From positions 16,586-80,585 of the IMG/VR virus record IMGVR_UViG_2895221163_000002: a stretch of DNA of 64,000 bases; one strand, written 5' to 3'. The position numbers and the translations under genes are program-made. The stretch is from a virus. Taxonomy: Duplodnaviria > Caudoviricetes. This document shows positions 9,224 through 19,175 of the stretch, in pieces (the first letter of the stretch is position 1; every line of letters starts with the position of its first letter). The notes beneath the pieces are model-generated. The model ran no database searches. It was not told the DNA's origin and saw nothing but the letters and a program-made list of their open reading frames with translations.

Positions 9224-10908
9224 TTCGCGTCCTCCTCCTTTGGTTGAGCGGCATCCTCTGCCGCAACACCGCTGAGCGCCCATTCCGGAGGTGTGAGCCC
9301 CAGTTCCCTGAAACGATTGACCTCGACAGCACGTTGATCGACCTTTTCTTCCCAGTCCGCCCCACTGTTCTCGGCGATCTCGTCCTCGAGCGTTGTCAGG
9401 CCGGCATCGATGCCCATGATCGAACCTTTCCGTTCGGCCACAGGATCGATCCAGCCACGTCCGGGTCCAAGCCAGTTACACCGTGAAAGCGGCGTTCGCA
9501 GGCGGGGGAAATACTTGGCCAGAAACCCGCGCGGCGCACCTGCCGGCAATGGCAGTTCGTCATAAAGAGCTACGCATTCTTCAAGCCATGCGGTTCGCAT
9601 GGGAGAAGCGTAGCCCTGAGCGAAGTTCTTTCGCCGACGATCCATCGTCTTCCATGCCTCGAGCATGGCCGCACGAGCAGAAGAATAGTTCACGTCTGAC
9701 CAGTTATTACTGACCTGCATGGACGAGACCCCCGCGCCGGAGGCAACATTCCGCAAAACGGCGCTCTCGAACGCTGCAAAGTTGGAATTCGGCCGCGCTG
9801 CATCAACAGTGTTGATCTTCTCGCCCGGAGCCAACATTGGCATGCGAACCCCACCCAGCATGACCCGGTTTTCATCATGGAACGCCGTCCGGACGTCCTG
9901 ATAAGCCATGACACCGTCACCCCCACCCGCACCCAGAGCGTCTGCCACCATCTCCTGATCGTAAGGAGATTCGACGTACGCCCCGAAAATGGAATTGACG
10001 ATCGCGGCGTCCAGTTCTGTTCCATCATACTTGATGAGCATCTTCAGCCGTTGAACGACTGGGGCGAGAATTCCCGCTCCGCCGCGATGCTGGCCTGCAC
10101 GCTCAGTCTGGAAATGGTGCACCATACTTGCGCGGCCCCATTCGGTCTCACGCTCGATATAATCCCATTCCTGCGTTTCTGCCGCCGAGAACCAGTCTCC
10201 CTGATGAGCCCGCCGAATATGGTATCCGAGTGGTGCACCCCATTCGTCGATCTGGACGCCGCCGCGGCAGTATTTCAGATCCCAGTTATTCTGGGGGACA
10301 GACAGTCTGTCCGGATCGATCAGGTTGAAACAGGTTGCATATTCGGCCCGCCCTTCCCCGATCCGCTCTGGAAGCCAGCAGACTTGGGCAAGGCTGTCGC
10401 CATCCACCAGGTCGTGCCGCAAGCCTGTCCAGCACATTTGCGTAAAGCTGAGCCTGCGGCCGACATCGCAATATCGATTTTCGTCTTCAGCGAACCCCCG
10501 CCAGTGGCTGTCGACAGCCCTCCCCCATTCGTCCGCCCATACCGCATCGAATGACAGGCCGGTCTTCACGCGCAATGCACGATAGTCTGGCTTGCTGATT
10601 GCGCGAAAGGAGCCGCCGATTGCGTTGTCCAGAACACGGGTGATTGTGCCCGAAGCCCAGCCATCGTTTCGAACCAGGTCCCTGATGCGGGAGACGATTC
10701 GGTCGCGATAGACATTCAGCTCAACGTCCGGCGACCACAGCAGCGGATTCCAGGCCTCCATGTGAGGCCCGGTGATGTCCGCGGCATCATAAGGGGTCTG
10801 CCCCCAACCACCCGCCAGTCCCATCGCGCGACGACGACGTGGCAGCGCAGGCGTCCGGGGCATCCCTTTTCCATCAGGCCCGAGAATGACTGCGCTGCGA
10901 TCTGTCAT
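9220..10908 (-). CDS. Portal protein (lambda gpB family)
   Basis: RDLVRNDGWASG, NYSSARAAMLE and GPGRGWIDPVAE motifs. Confidence 0.95.
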   Translation of the reverse strand: MTDRSAVILGPDGKGMPRTPALPRRRRAMGLAGGWGQTPYDAADITGPHMEAWNPLLWSPDVELNVYRDRIVSRIRDLVRNDGWASGTITRVLDNAIGGSFRAISKPDYRALRVKTGLSFDAVWADEWGRAVDSHWRGFAEDENRYCDVGRRLSFTQMCWTGLRHDLVDGDSLAQVCWLPERIGEGRAEYATCFNLIDPDRLSVPQNNWDLKYCRGGVQIDEWGAPLGYHIRRAHQGDWFSAAETQEWDYIERETEWGRASMVHHFQTERAGQHRGGAGILAPVVQRLKMLIKYDGTELDAAIVNSIFGAYVESPYDQEMVADALGAGGGDGVMAYQDVRTAFHDENRVMLGGVRMPMLAPGEKINTVDAARPNSNFAAFESAVLRNVASGAGVSSMQVSNNWSDVNYSSARAAMLEAWKTMDRRRKNFAQGYASPMRTAWLEECVALYDELPLPAGAPRGFLAKYFPRLRTPLSRCNWLGPGRGWIDPVAERKGSIMGIDAGLTTLEDEIAENSGADWEEKVDQRAVEVNRFRELGLTPPEWALSGVAAEDAAQPKEEDAK

Positions 10909-11192
10909 CGGAATACAAACCTTACTGGACGCCTGCGAGAGATCCCCAGCTGCTTCTGAAGGAGCTGGATATACTGAAGAAGGTCCGTCTTATTGGCTGC
11001 GGTATAGGTGACGGATCGGGACCCGTTTACCTGCGAGTACGAGACCGCAACCGGCTTTCCGCCGATCATCAGGTCGTTATAGGCCTGTTGTGCTGCAGCC
11101 AGATTGGCCTGAAGCTGCGCTGTCGTGACCCCAGACATGCTGGTTTGGGGAGGCCTGCGGACATACTGCCCGCGTCCGGTAAGGGATGTCAT
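10905..11192 (-). CDS. Head-to-tail joining protein gpW
   Basis: AYNDLMIGGKPVAVSY...VTYT.AN...L..YI..LQ.QLG motif. Confidence 0.88.
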   Translation of the reverse strand: MTSLTGRGQYVRRPPQTSMSGVTTAQLQANLAAAQQAYNDLMIGGKPVAVSYSQVNGSRSVTYTAANKTDLLQYIQLLQKQLGISRRRPVRFVFR

Positions 11193-11941
11193 CGCAAACC
11201 TCTTCTGCGGAAAACTTTGATGATCTCTTCATTGACGACCCGGTCCTGACGGCGCGCGATTGTCTCATTCACGATCTGCTCTACTGGCAGACGCGCCTTG
11301 TAGTGAGGCTGTGACACGAACCGGAGAATTTCTCCGATCTTACCCGGCCCAATCAGCTTGAAAATCCCACGCGGACGTCGGTTTCCGCGCTCGTAACCCA
11401 CAAAGAATTCGCTGTGCGATCCGCGAGCATTTTTGAGCTGTTTTGCAATCCGTCGCGCCGTCCGGTCGCCCATGTTTGATGTCGGGTCAAGCATGAGGTT
11501 CAGACGACTCAGGATCTGGATGATGATGCCCCGCTTGATGTTTCCGTTTTCGTCCAGCGGACAGTCTTTTCCTGGAACAACATATTGACCGCCCGATACC
11601 GTTCGAAGCGCCTTTTCAAACCGTTTCATGTCGCGCTCGCCGCCATGGATCTGTGGCCCAAGATAAGTAATCGCAGGCGTCCCGCGCCGCGCAAAATCCC
11701 GGGTCGCCACCCAGGCTTCCAGATTTTTCCCGGTCGCAGGCCTCGTAAAGAACCCGTTCAGCGTGAAGGCATTGGGCCGGTCAAAAACCTCTTTCATCCG
11801 GTCAACGACCTTCATACGGGCTCCAGTAGCCAAGCGGTTCAGTGCAGAAGCTGCAGCCTTGGGAATTTCGTTTTCTGCCAAGGCGCTCAGATCTCTCTGG
11901 AGCGCCTTGGCATCGAGGCCGACTTTAAGATCCATCGGCAT
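11189..11941 (-). CDS. Conserved phage protein (possible virion morphogenesis/gpZ-like)
   Basis: AAASALNRLA...FDRPNAFT...YLGPQIHGGER pattern; basic protein. Confidence 0.55.
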   Translation of the reverse strand: MPMDLKVGLDAKALQRDLSALAENEIPKAAASALNRLATGARMKVVDRMKEVFDRPNAFTLNGFFTRPATGKNLEAWVATRDFARRGTPAITYLGPQIHGGERDMKRFEKALRTVSGGQYVVPGKDCPLDENGNIKRGIIIQILSRLNLMLDPTSNMGDRTARRIAKQLKNARGSHSEFFVGYERGNRRPRGIFKLIGPGKIGEILRFVSQPHYKARLPVEQIVNETIARRQDRVVNEEIIKVFRRRGLR

Positions 11942-11951
11942 CTTGAATTTC

Positions 11952-14105
11952 CTATCCCGGTAGACGCTTAACCAGGCGGCGCAACCGCTCCTGTCGAGAC
12001 TGGCGAGCTGTCTCGACGGGTTTCGGTGCTTCCGCCCTTTTCTCGTTGCTCCAGCCGCTTACGACCTGCGTAATTTTCGACAGGTTTTCCACGAGGATTT
12101 CTGTCGATGAGACCACATTACTGTTCTCGTCCCACGGAGCTGCCCAGACAGGCGGAGAGTTCCATGGCATCCGGGCAATTCCGAACAGGAAAGCCAGGAC
12201 GTTCGTCATAACCATCAGATCCAGCGCCTCATTCCGGGCCGATGGTGTGACTTTCGCCCACCGTCCGTCTGGACGCCTCTGTTCCGCCACTAGCTGCTCG
12301 AAAAAGGGATGCGGAGGTTCATTCGCCAGCAAGCCTGCCGGAAAATGAACGCGCCAGGCCCCGATGTCAGCGACCTGTAACTGGGTCGAAGCATCATCCT
12401 TGAAGCGGTTCGGGTTGAAGAACCCAACCGGGATCTCGCCTCGTGCCGCTGCCGAACGATCTTTTCTCTGAGTGTCCGGATAGGTGACCACCAGCGCCGG
12501 AGCGTTGATTGTACTCGCACCCTTGAGCGGGAGGATGGTCCAGCCATCCCGCCCGTCAAACCGCCCCATCCGTTTTGCGCTCCGCCGCCTGCGTGCCCTC
12601 CTCCATGCGCCATAGGCCTGTAGGGTCACGCCGTCCTGACCGCCGCTGTCATATCCGACCGCGAGGATCTTCATGGCGCGGCTTGAGCCATCAGCAAGGG
12701 GATATCTTGCCTCCTCGAGAGAGGTCAGTAGATCGTCCCAGTCCTTCTGGCTCGTCGCAGGATCTGCAGCGACCTTCTGGTAATCGATGATCCAGCTTTC
12801 TCCGTCGACCCCCCAACCACGCACCATGTACTCGAAGCGATTAGCCTGAACGTCCACGGCAGCCGTCAGGAACCGGACACCCTCAGGGATAAAGCCGAGA
12901 CGAAGCCCCGGTTCTGCCCGGTTGGCAATTGCCTGTGAGTCCAATGATCCAGCCGCCCTAGGCGGCTGGTATGGAAGTCCCCAGCGCTTGACCGTGACGG
13001 CCCGGAGATCCTTGTCATCACCTGTTGTCTCGAAGTCACGCTGCGCTTTGACCATGTCATAGGCGAGCGATCCCATGCCGCCGATAATGAAAGGCGACAT
13101 AAGGCCTGTGATCCAGAAACCGGCCGTGGTGCTCGCCACCAGTTCGCCAGACACCTCACCATCATGACTGATGTCCTGACCTCTGCCGACCCAGACCCCG
13201 TCCCGGTTCATGGCGCGACGCCACTTGTCTTCGATCAGTGTTCCACAATGCGGGCACAGGAGCGCCGCGTTGTCGCGGATCTCATCGAGCGGCGCGTCTG
13301 CATTCCAGTGCAGTGTCATCGGCACAGATGACGTCGGGTTCGGACTGGAGAAGCCGTTGCAATGCGGGCATGGCCACCACCAGATGCGGCGATCGCTGTC
13401 CCGATAGAGCTTCATGATCCCGTTTGTCCACCTGGACGGGTCGCTGCCGAGAGCAGCGTCAGGATGACTCTCGGCAAGCACCATGCTCTCTTGTCCGAAG
13501 GTCTCACGCCTGATGGACGCCAGAGCGTAAGCATCACCAAGATTGGCCGGATAGGCATCGATTTCGGTCATGATGATCCGCGGTGCGGACTTATTGATCA
13601 GGTTGTTGTAGGCGGCCGCCAGAAACTCGATCCACATGGACCGGAAGCGCTTGAACTTGAGTGAATTGTCGACCGGACGCGTACCCAGCTTTTCCTTCAT
13701 AGAAAGATGGGCATCGATCATGGGCGCGATTTCGCGCTTGACGTAACTTTCGATGACGTCGTCGGTCTGGGCATAGACCAAGAAGTCTGCAGGGTCGACG
13801 TCCACTGATTGAAGAAGCCAGTTCTGCCCAATCGTCGTCTTGCCCGACCGCGCAGGTCCGACCACGGCCGTCGTGAGGTATTGCTGCTCTGTCAGGGCTT
13901 CCATGGGCCCTACGAGGTAGGGGGCCTCATCATGGCTCCAACGACCCACGAAGCCGCCGCCCCTGTTGTCCAGAATCCGATGCTTCGCAGCATAGTCGGC
14001 AACATTGATCTCTTCGGCAGGACGGTATGATTCGATCGCCTGGGCGATGATGGAGCGTGGATCAGCGAACAGGACTTCCTCAGGTGAGATGAAGCTGTCG
14101 CTCAT
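11952..14105 (-). CDS. Terminase large subunit (lambda GpA family)
   Basis: Walker A-like GPARSGKT, WWWPCPHC, CPHCG and LTAAVDVQ motifs. Confidence 0.95.
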   Translation of the reverse strand: MSDSFISPEEVLFADPRSIIAQAIESYRPAEEINVADYAAKHRILDNRGGGFVGRWSHDEAPYLVGPMEALTEQQYLTTAVVGPARSGKTTIGQNWLLQSVDVDPADFLVYAQTDDVIESYVKREIAPMIDAHLSMKEKLGTRPVDNSLKFKRFRSMWIEFLAAAYNNLINKSAPRIIMTEIDAYPANLGDAYALASIRRETFGQESMVLAESHPDAALGSDPSRWTNGIMKLYRDSDRRIWWWPCPHCNGFSSPNPTSSVPMTLHWNADAPLDEIRDNAALLCPHCGTLIEDKWRRAMNRDGVWVGRGQDISHDGEVSGELVASTTAGFWITGLMSPFIIGGMGSLAYDMVKAQRDFETTGDDKDLRAVTVKRWGLPYQPPRAAGSLDSQAIANRAEPGLRLGFIPEGVRFLTAAVDVQANRFEYMVRGWGVDGESWIIDYQKVAADPATSQKDWDDLLTSLEEARYPLADGSSRAMKILAVGYDSGGQDGVTLQAYGAWRRARRRRSAKRMGRFDGRDGWTILPLKGASTINAPALVVTYPDTQRKDRSAAARGEIPVGFFNPNRFKDDASTQLQVADIGAWRVHFPAGLLANEPPHPFFEQLVAEQRRPDGRWAKVTPSARNEALDLMVMTNVLAFLFGIARMPWNSPPVWAAPWDENSNVVSSTEILVENLSKITQVVSGWSNEKRAEAPKPVETARQSRQERLRRLVKRLPG

Positions 14106-14682
14106 GTTCGGTGTCTGTATCCTGTTTGAGCATGGTCAGAACGCTGTTGACTGACTTTAGCTGTACGTCCTTTAGGCGGCTCTCAGCCTGTCGCAGGACT
14201 GCGTCAGGCCAACTCTGATCCCGGGCCAGCTGACGCAGAAACGCTCCGGTGTCCCGAGCCAGCATTGCGAAGGCCGTGGCCATCATGTCCTGCATCTGAT
14301 CTGCGATGACCAGCTTGCCGCATCGCTCGGCCTCTTTCCGCTTTAAATCGCGAAGGCGCCAGATATCGATCTGCTCTTTGGTGGAGACGAAGCCAGACCG
14401 TGCAGGCTGTTCCTCTTCCGCGAAGAGATCATCGAACTGCAACTGCAGTTCCATGAGTTTTTCGTCGCGGCCGATGGTCGCCTTTTCTTCCTCTTCCCGC
14501 CTCGCGGCAAGAAAGTCGAAGACGGCGTGAGGATTGAAGCTCCAGCTCTTGCCGTTGGTGCCTCGATGATCGGCAGGGAAGTCTGGCCACCGGTCGATCC
14601 AATTGGTGAGGGTCGGCAGCGAGACCTTCAGTCGCTTGGCCATCTGGGCTTTGTTCAGCGTGACTGCCTCATGCGCCTCCAT
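14080..14682 (-). CDS. Terminase small subunit (Nu1-like wHTH)
   Basis: LNKAQMAKRLKVSLPTLTNW HTH; upstream of terL. Confidence 0.85.
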   Translation of the reverse strand: MEAHEAVTLNKAQMAKRLKVSLPTLTNWIDRWPDFPADHRGTNGKSWSFNPHAVFDFLAARREEEEKATIGRDEKLMELQLQFDDLFAEEEQPARSGFVSTKEQIDIWRLRDLKRKEAERCGKLVIADQMQDMMATAFAMLARDTGAFLRQLARDQSWPDAVLRQAESRLKDVQLKSVNSVLTMLKQDTDTEHERQLHLT

Positions 14683-14734
14683 TGCCGGTTCCTCATGAGA
14701 CGACAACAACAACAACACCAACCCATTTTCAGAT

Positions 14735-14805
14735 TTGCTCGAAAAGTGCCTCTTACCGGGGTGCGAATTACCCCCGGACGGCTACCCCTCCAGGAGGGAC
14801 CCACG
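14735..14805 (-). other. Putative cos/packaging initiation region of prophage L
   Basis: Non-coding GGGTCCCTCCTGGAGGGG...GGGGGTAATTCGCACCCG just upstream of terS, typical of lambda-GpA phages. Confidence 0.5.
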
Positions 14806-14921
14806 AATTCTGTGGCTTTCTGGCCACACGACCCCGCCCCGACCGCCCGGTCGCGCATCAGAGCGACCCAACGAGAAAGGGGACGCAGCCCTTGCGAGCA
14901 TACGTCCCCTCATCATGCCAA

Positions 14922-15395
14922 CTACATATGTTCAAAATGGCGGATGTGGCGAGAGAAAAATTCACTACGGCTGATTTTTTTTCCTACCGCCGCGCATGCC
15001 TCTGCATGCCAGTCTTTGGCAGTCTCATGGTTGATCCCCAGTTTCCCGCCGATTTTGCGCCACGTCCACCTGTGCTGACCTGAAATCGGATGAACGATCA
15101 ATCGCATGTTGACCACGGCCTTTTGCCCGCGATCAGTCAGCATCGGCACCCATGACAGCGCAAGATCCATGCGGCTCACTTCATCTGACGTCGGCGTGGG
15201 TGGTCGAATGTCGCTCTCCATTGGCCAGTCGAGATCATCACGGTCGGCGACAATGTCAGGCCAGTAGGATCGCATTCCGCCAGGCCAGCATCCGTTCGCC
15301 GGCATGGCCGCTAGCGTGAAGGCTGCATCAGTCAGCCAGTCCGCCACCTGTTCTGGCACGTCGCGCCCAAGATCGATCCGCTTGACGCCCTTCAT
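14922..15395 (-). CDS. Putative late transcription regulator (DUF6362-like, C-terminal HTH)
   Basis: Last early gene before the cos region; SRMDLALSW...WTWRKIG..LGINHETAKDW. Confidence 0.65.
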   Translation of the reverse strand: MKGVKRIDLGRDVPEQVADWLTDAAFTLAAMPANGCWPGGMRSYWPDIVADRDDLDWPMESDIRPPTPTSDEVSRMDLALSWVPMLTDRGQKAVVNMRLIVHPISGQHRWTWRKIGGKLGINHETAKDWHAEACAAVGKKISRSEFFSRHIRHFEHM

Positions 15396-16336
15396 GCCGC
15401 AACCTGGACAAGGAAGTCAGCCAGTTCCGGACGACGCAGGCCGATTTCACCGCTTGCGATGGCGCTGGAATAGTCCTGCATGGCCTGCTCCCATGCACGC
15501 TCTGCCTTGCGCTGTTCTGCAGTTTTCGGCGCTTCAGGGATATCGCCTTGAGCAATCGCCTGCTCGACCGCCTTCGTGAAGTAGCCCAGATGCGAAACCG
15601 GAGCGCCGCGTTCCCGCTGCCTCTCTGCCACTGCTGTCACGACGGATGTCACCAGCAGTTCAGTCTGATCGTCCGTCAGGCCTTTCGCGACCGCCGCAGC
15701 GCACCAGGTCCGAGTGATGCCGTAGTTCGGCATATCCTTCGCGTCATCGAAGCCAGCCGCCGTAAACGCCTTAGGTCCAATGCGTTTGAACATCGCGTCC
15801 AGCCTAAGCTTATCTTCGGAAGAAGATTTAGAAGCTAAGCTAAGCTTATCGCGCGCACCCGTGAGGTGGGTTTTCGCTGGGTTTTCGCGTGCCACGTCTT
15901 TGCCTCCGGAAATGGGTAGAACAATGTTGCCCTGGCGCTGATCCGCCACGACGCCTGTTTTCGGTGTTTTTCGCGGTCTTCCGCCCTTTGCGCCATTCGC
16001 ACGGGACGCAATCTGCCGTGCTGTCATCCCGAGGCCAGCCGGGAGGCCAATGGTCTGCGCATCGCGGTTCCAGGTTATCAGCTGGGTTTTGGCGTAGGTT
16101 TCGAGGTAGGTTTCGATCAGGTTTGCGTCACAGAAAACCTTTGTCCGCGCCAACGCCGCCAGCGCGCCCGGAAACGACACGTCCAGCACGCCGTCTGCCG
16201 TGTTGAGGATCAGATATGTGACCAGACGTACCCAGGACAGCACCTGAACGGCCTCTAGGGCATTGAGCGCCAGATTTTCGACCTGCATCAGGGCGATCCG
16301 GGACAGCTGGTCGCGATGTGTTGCACTGACCTTCAC
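15392..16336 (-). CDS. Putative replication initiator
   Basis: SRANGAKGGRPRK motif shared with 32032-33234; internal iteron-like repeats; downstream of dnaB. Confidence 0.6.
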   Translation of the reverse strand: MKVSATHRDQLSRIALMQVENLALNALEAVQVLSWVRLVTYLILNTADGVLDVSFPGALAALARTKVFCDANLIETYLETYAKTQLITWNRDAQTIGLPAGLGMTARQIASRANGAKGGRPRKTPKTGVVADQRQGNIVLPISGGKDVARENPAKTHLTGARDKLSLASKSSSEDKLRLDAMFKRIGPKAFTAAGFDDAKDMPNYGITRTWCAAAVAKGLTDDQTELLVTSVVTAVAERQRERGAPVSHLGYFTKAVEQAIAQGDIPEAPKTAEQRKAERAWEQAMQDYSSAIASGEIGLRRPELADFLVQVAA

Positions 16337-16387
16337 GTCAGAAACTCCTGCACCCGCCAGCGTGGCGGGATTGAAAACCTAGAAAAC

Positions 16388-16669
16388 CTAATAGGATGCG
16401 AGCCGGTATCCGGATCCGACGGGCTCAAGCACGCCACACTGGACGAGTGAGGGCAGAGCATCGCGAACCGCACCGGCATCCGCCGCCAGATAGCGGGCGA
16501 TGTCGTCTGACGTGGCACCGGTGCGGCCAGGCGCGCGGATGCTCGGCACGACGTCGCCGACATCCGTCAGCCCCAGCCAGATTGCCCGCGCCGCGAGCGA
16601 CAGGGGCTGCCAGCGTCGATCGGACATGACGGCCCGCGCGTGCTTTCCCGGACGCTCGCGGCGCGACAT
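16388..16669 (-). CDS. Small winged-helix protein of the replication module
   Basis: W..LSLAARAIW..L...IARYL...VRDALPSLVQCGVL; TGATG overlap with dnaB. Confidence 0.6.
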   Translation of the reverse strand: MSRRERPGKHARAVMSDRRWQPLSLAARAIWLGLTDVGDVVPSIRAPGRTGATSDDIARYLAADAGAVRDALPSLVQCGVLEPVGSGYRLASY

Positions 16670-18219
16670 CAGGCGAACTCCAGACCTGCACCCCATGCCG
16701 GGCTGCGCATGTCCTCGCCCGCATCGCGGAACCATGTCGTTTCATTGTCGAACAGCATCCGGCAGCGACCTTCAGGTCCGTGCCGGTTTTTCACGACGAA
16801 CACGTCGCCCTTACCGCGCGCGGCATCAAGACGCTCCTGAAACTCCTGACAGCGCACATTGAATGCGTCGTGGGTTTCCTTGTCCCGTTTGACCAGACCG
16901 CCCGAGGACGCCTCTTTCTGAATGTAGTAATGTTCGCGATGGATCAGGGCTACCGCATCCGCATCCTTCTCAAGAGAGCCTGTATCTCCTAAATCCGACA
17001 TCATTGGCCGCTTGTTCTCCCGCTTTTCCGATTCACGGTTGAGCTGAGCCAAAACGACAAGGGGTACCCCTAATTCCATGGCGAGCGATTTTAATTCTCT
17101 ACTGACTTCCGATAGCTCCTCATGGCGCATGCGCCCTTGGACACGCGACGAGCCCTTCATCAGTTGCACATAATCCAGCACAATCGCGTCCAGTCCGCGT
17201 TTGGATCTCTTCATGCGGCGCGCACGCGAGCGAAGTTGTCCGACGGTTAGACCTCCACGGGAGTCGATCTCGAGCGGAAGCTTCTGGGCTTCGTCACAGG
17301 CTCCTTGAAGAGCATTCCATTGCCACGCTTCGAGTTCCGGCTGCTGACCGGTTTCTGCGTCCTCGGGTACATCCCAGCGACGGCCCGAAAAAACAGAGCG
17401 CAGATTCAGGCCAGCCCTTGCGGCCCCACCACGAGCACCGACCTGTTCGGCCGTCATTTCACCGGACCAGAACAACGTCCTCTTGCCACCCGATGCGATG
17501 CGCAACGCGATCCCGAGGCCAAGAGATGTCTTGCCCATCGCTGGCCGTGCCCCGATCACATACATATTCCCGCCGACCAGACCGTTCGTCAGCCGATCGA
17601 GCGACCGATAACCCCAGGACAGACCGGCCAGCGCGGAACCGCGTTCGACGGCTTCACGGGCCGAGATCAGGGCATTGCACAGAGCCTCGTGGAACGTGAC
17701 GTTCGGCTGACTGTCAGACATGCCCATGGCAATGTGCAGCAGAGCTGATTCGTGCCCTTCGACAATATCTTCCGCACGCTGATCTTCCGGCCGACTGCAC
17801 AGATCTGATGTCTGCTGACACAGCGTCATTAACTCACGACGCATTGCAGCGTCGCGGATCTCACGGGCATAATCCAGCGCGACCAGCGGGCTGACATAGG
17901 CATTCATCAGCTTGGCGAGATATTCTCGGGGGTTCAGTTTGCCCCAGACCAGTTCGTCCGGATGCTCGAAATGCCTGATGATCGTCAGGATATCGACCTT
18001 GCGCGCCTCATTGTACATGAGGAGAGCCTTCTCATAGATCTGGGCGTTCACCGGATCCGAGAAATGTTCAGGCCGCAGGATCTCTTCCACGGCTTCCAGT
18101 GTCTTCTTTGAGTCGACCAGAACCGAACCCAGCAAACCATGCTCACACCCAAGGTTCTGCGGCACCGACCGCAAAGCGCCACCGAACAGGCCGGGATCAA
18201 CGGGTTTATGAATACTCAT
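16669..18219 (-). CDS. dnaB: Replicative DNA helicase DnaB-like
   Basis: GARPAMGKT Walker A, IVLDYVQL, LAQLNR, GSLEKDAD and KNRHGP motifs. Confidence 0.95.
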   Translation of the reverse strand: MSIHKPVDPGLFGGALRSVPQNLGCEHGLLGSVLVDSKKTLEAVEEILRPEHFSDPVNAQIYEKALLMYNEARKVDILTIIRHFEHPDELVWGKLNPREYLAKLMNAYVSPLVALDYAREIRDAAMRRELMTLCQQTSDLCSRPEDQRAEDIVEGHESALLHIAMGMSDSQPNVTFHEALCNALISAREAVERGSALAGLSWGYRSLDRLTNGLVGGNMYVIGARPAMGKTSLGLGIALRIASGGKRTLFWSGEMTAEQVGARGGAARAGLNLRSVFSGRRWDVPEDAETGQQPELEAWQWNALQGACDEAQKLPLEIDSRGGLTVGQLRSRARRMKRSKRGLDAIVLDYVQLMKGSSRVQGRMRHEELSEVSRELKSLAMELGVPLVVLAQLNRESEKRENKRPMMSDLGDTGSLEKDADAVALIHREHYYIQKEASSGGLVKRDKETHDAFNVRCQEFQERLDAARGKGDVFVVKNRHGPEGRCRMLFDNETTWFRDAGEDMRSPAWGAGLEFA

Positions 18220-18665
18220 GCCGCGACGGCCTCCCCGGCCGGTTTCGTGGAGCGACGCCGGTAGCAGGTCAGCCGCACATAGCCCATGACGCGGAGCAGA
18301 TCGTCCGTCGCCTTGGCTTCATCATTGAGGAATTTGGAGACGCTCGAAGCGTTGAGGCCGTTCACCCGACAAAAGCCGCGCAACGAGCCCACAGTGCGAA
18401 TGCGTGTTTCCACTTTTGTAAAAAACTGGAAGTTATTGATCAGCGAAGCATCTTTCCCGCCGCCGACCGCGCGATAGCGTGGAAAGCAATCAAAACCAGC
18501 TGCATCCAAGAAAGCAGCCGACGGGAGCCGTCTGCCGTTCAGGATCTGCGAAACCGTCGTATGCGACATGCCGATCTGCTCGGCATATCGAACCTGATTT
18601 CCAGCCGCGCTGACGTCTGTTTCCAGTTCCGCACAAAATCCAATGAAATCCAGAATGTCAGCCAC
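18216..18665 (-). CDS. Tandem double XRE-HTH protein
   Basis: QVRYAEQIGMSHTTVSQILNG and LRGFCRVNGLNASSVSKFLND. Confidence 0.7.
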   Translation of the reverse strand: MADILDFIGFCAELETDVSAAGNQVRYAEQIGMSHTTVSQILNGRRLPSAAFLDAAGFDCFPRYRAVGGGKDASLINNFQFFTKVETRIRTVGSLRGFCRVNGLNASSVSKFLNDEAKATDDLLRVMGYVRLTCYRRRSTKPAGEAVAA

Positions 18666-18936
18666 GCCCTGAACCCCACTGCGCCGGCATCTTCATGCGC
18701 CCACCCTCGACGAGCGTCATGCCGGACGAGAAGCGCCGCACCTGATTGTGCAGATCGGGCCTGATGCGCGCACTCTCGCGGATCGCTTTGGCATCGAGAG
18801 GTTCGGGGAACCGAACGTAAGCTCCCTTCCCTCCGACCGGCCATTTCTCATGGCGCGAACCCTCAACAGGCAGCGCGCACTCGCCCTGAACCAAGCTTTC
18901 TGCCACAGCCTCGGTCATGCCTACGCGATCAAGCAT
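18658..18936 (-). CDS. Hypothetical phage protein
   Basis: Coupled overlaps with both neighbours in the early operon. Confidence 0.5.
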   Translation of the reverse strand: MLDRVGMTEAVAESLVQGECALPVEGSRHEKWPVGGKGAYVRFPEPLDAKAIRESARIRPDLHNQVRRFSSGMTLVEGGRMKMPAQWGSGRG

Positions 18937-19171
18937 TGACGCCTCCCAGCACGAGACCCATTCCAACCGGCATCGGTCGACGAACTGGGCGCCGCCGCGT
19001 CGTGGTCGCGACGACCTGTCGCGTCAGCCCCAGACGGCCAATCAGGCCATGAGCGCTGCCAACGGAGATCCCCGCCTGGCGCGCGATGCGCTGCACACCA
19101 TGGCCGTCCGCGTGAAGGCGACGCACCATAGGTTCGAGACGAGTGTAATCATGGGAGGGTCGGGCCATCAT
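18929..19171 (-). CDS. Small HTH protein
   Basis: LHADGHGVQRIARQAGISVGSAHGLIGRLGL. Confidence 0.65.
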   Translation of the reverse strand: MMARPSHDYTRLEPMVRRLHADGHGVQRIARQAGISVGSAHGLIGRLGLTRQVVATTTRRRPVRRPMPVGMGLVLGGVNA

Positions 19172-19175
19172 TTCC

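Noticed and set aside
1-14105. Lambda head plus Mu-like contractile tail as a novelty
   Set aside because: Such mosaic myoviral prophages are well known in Proteobacteria
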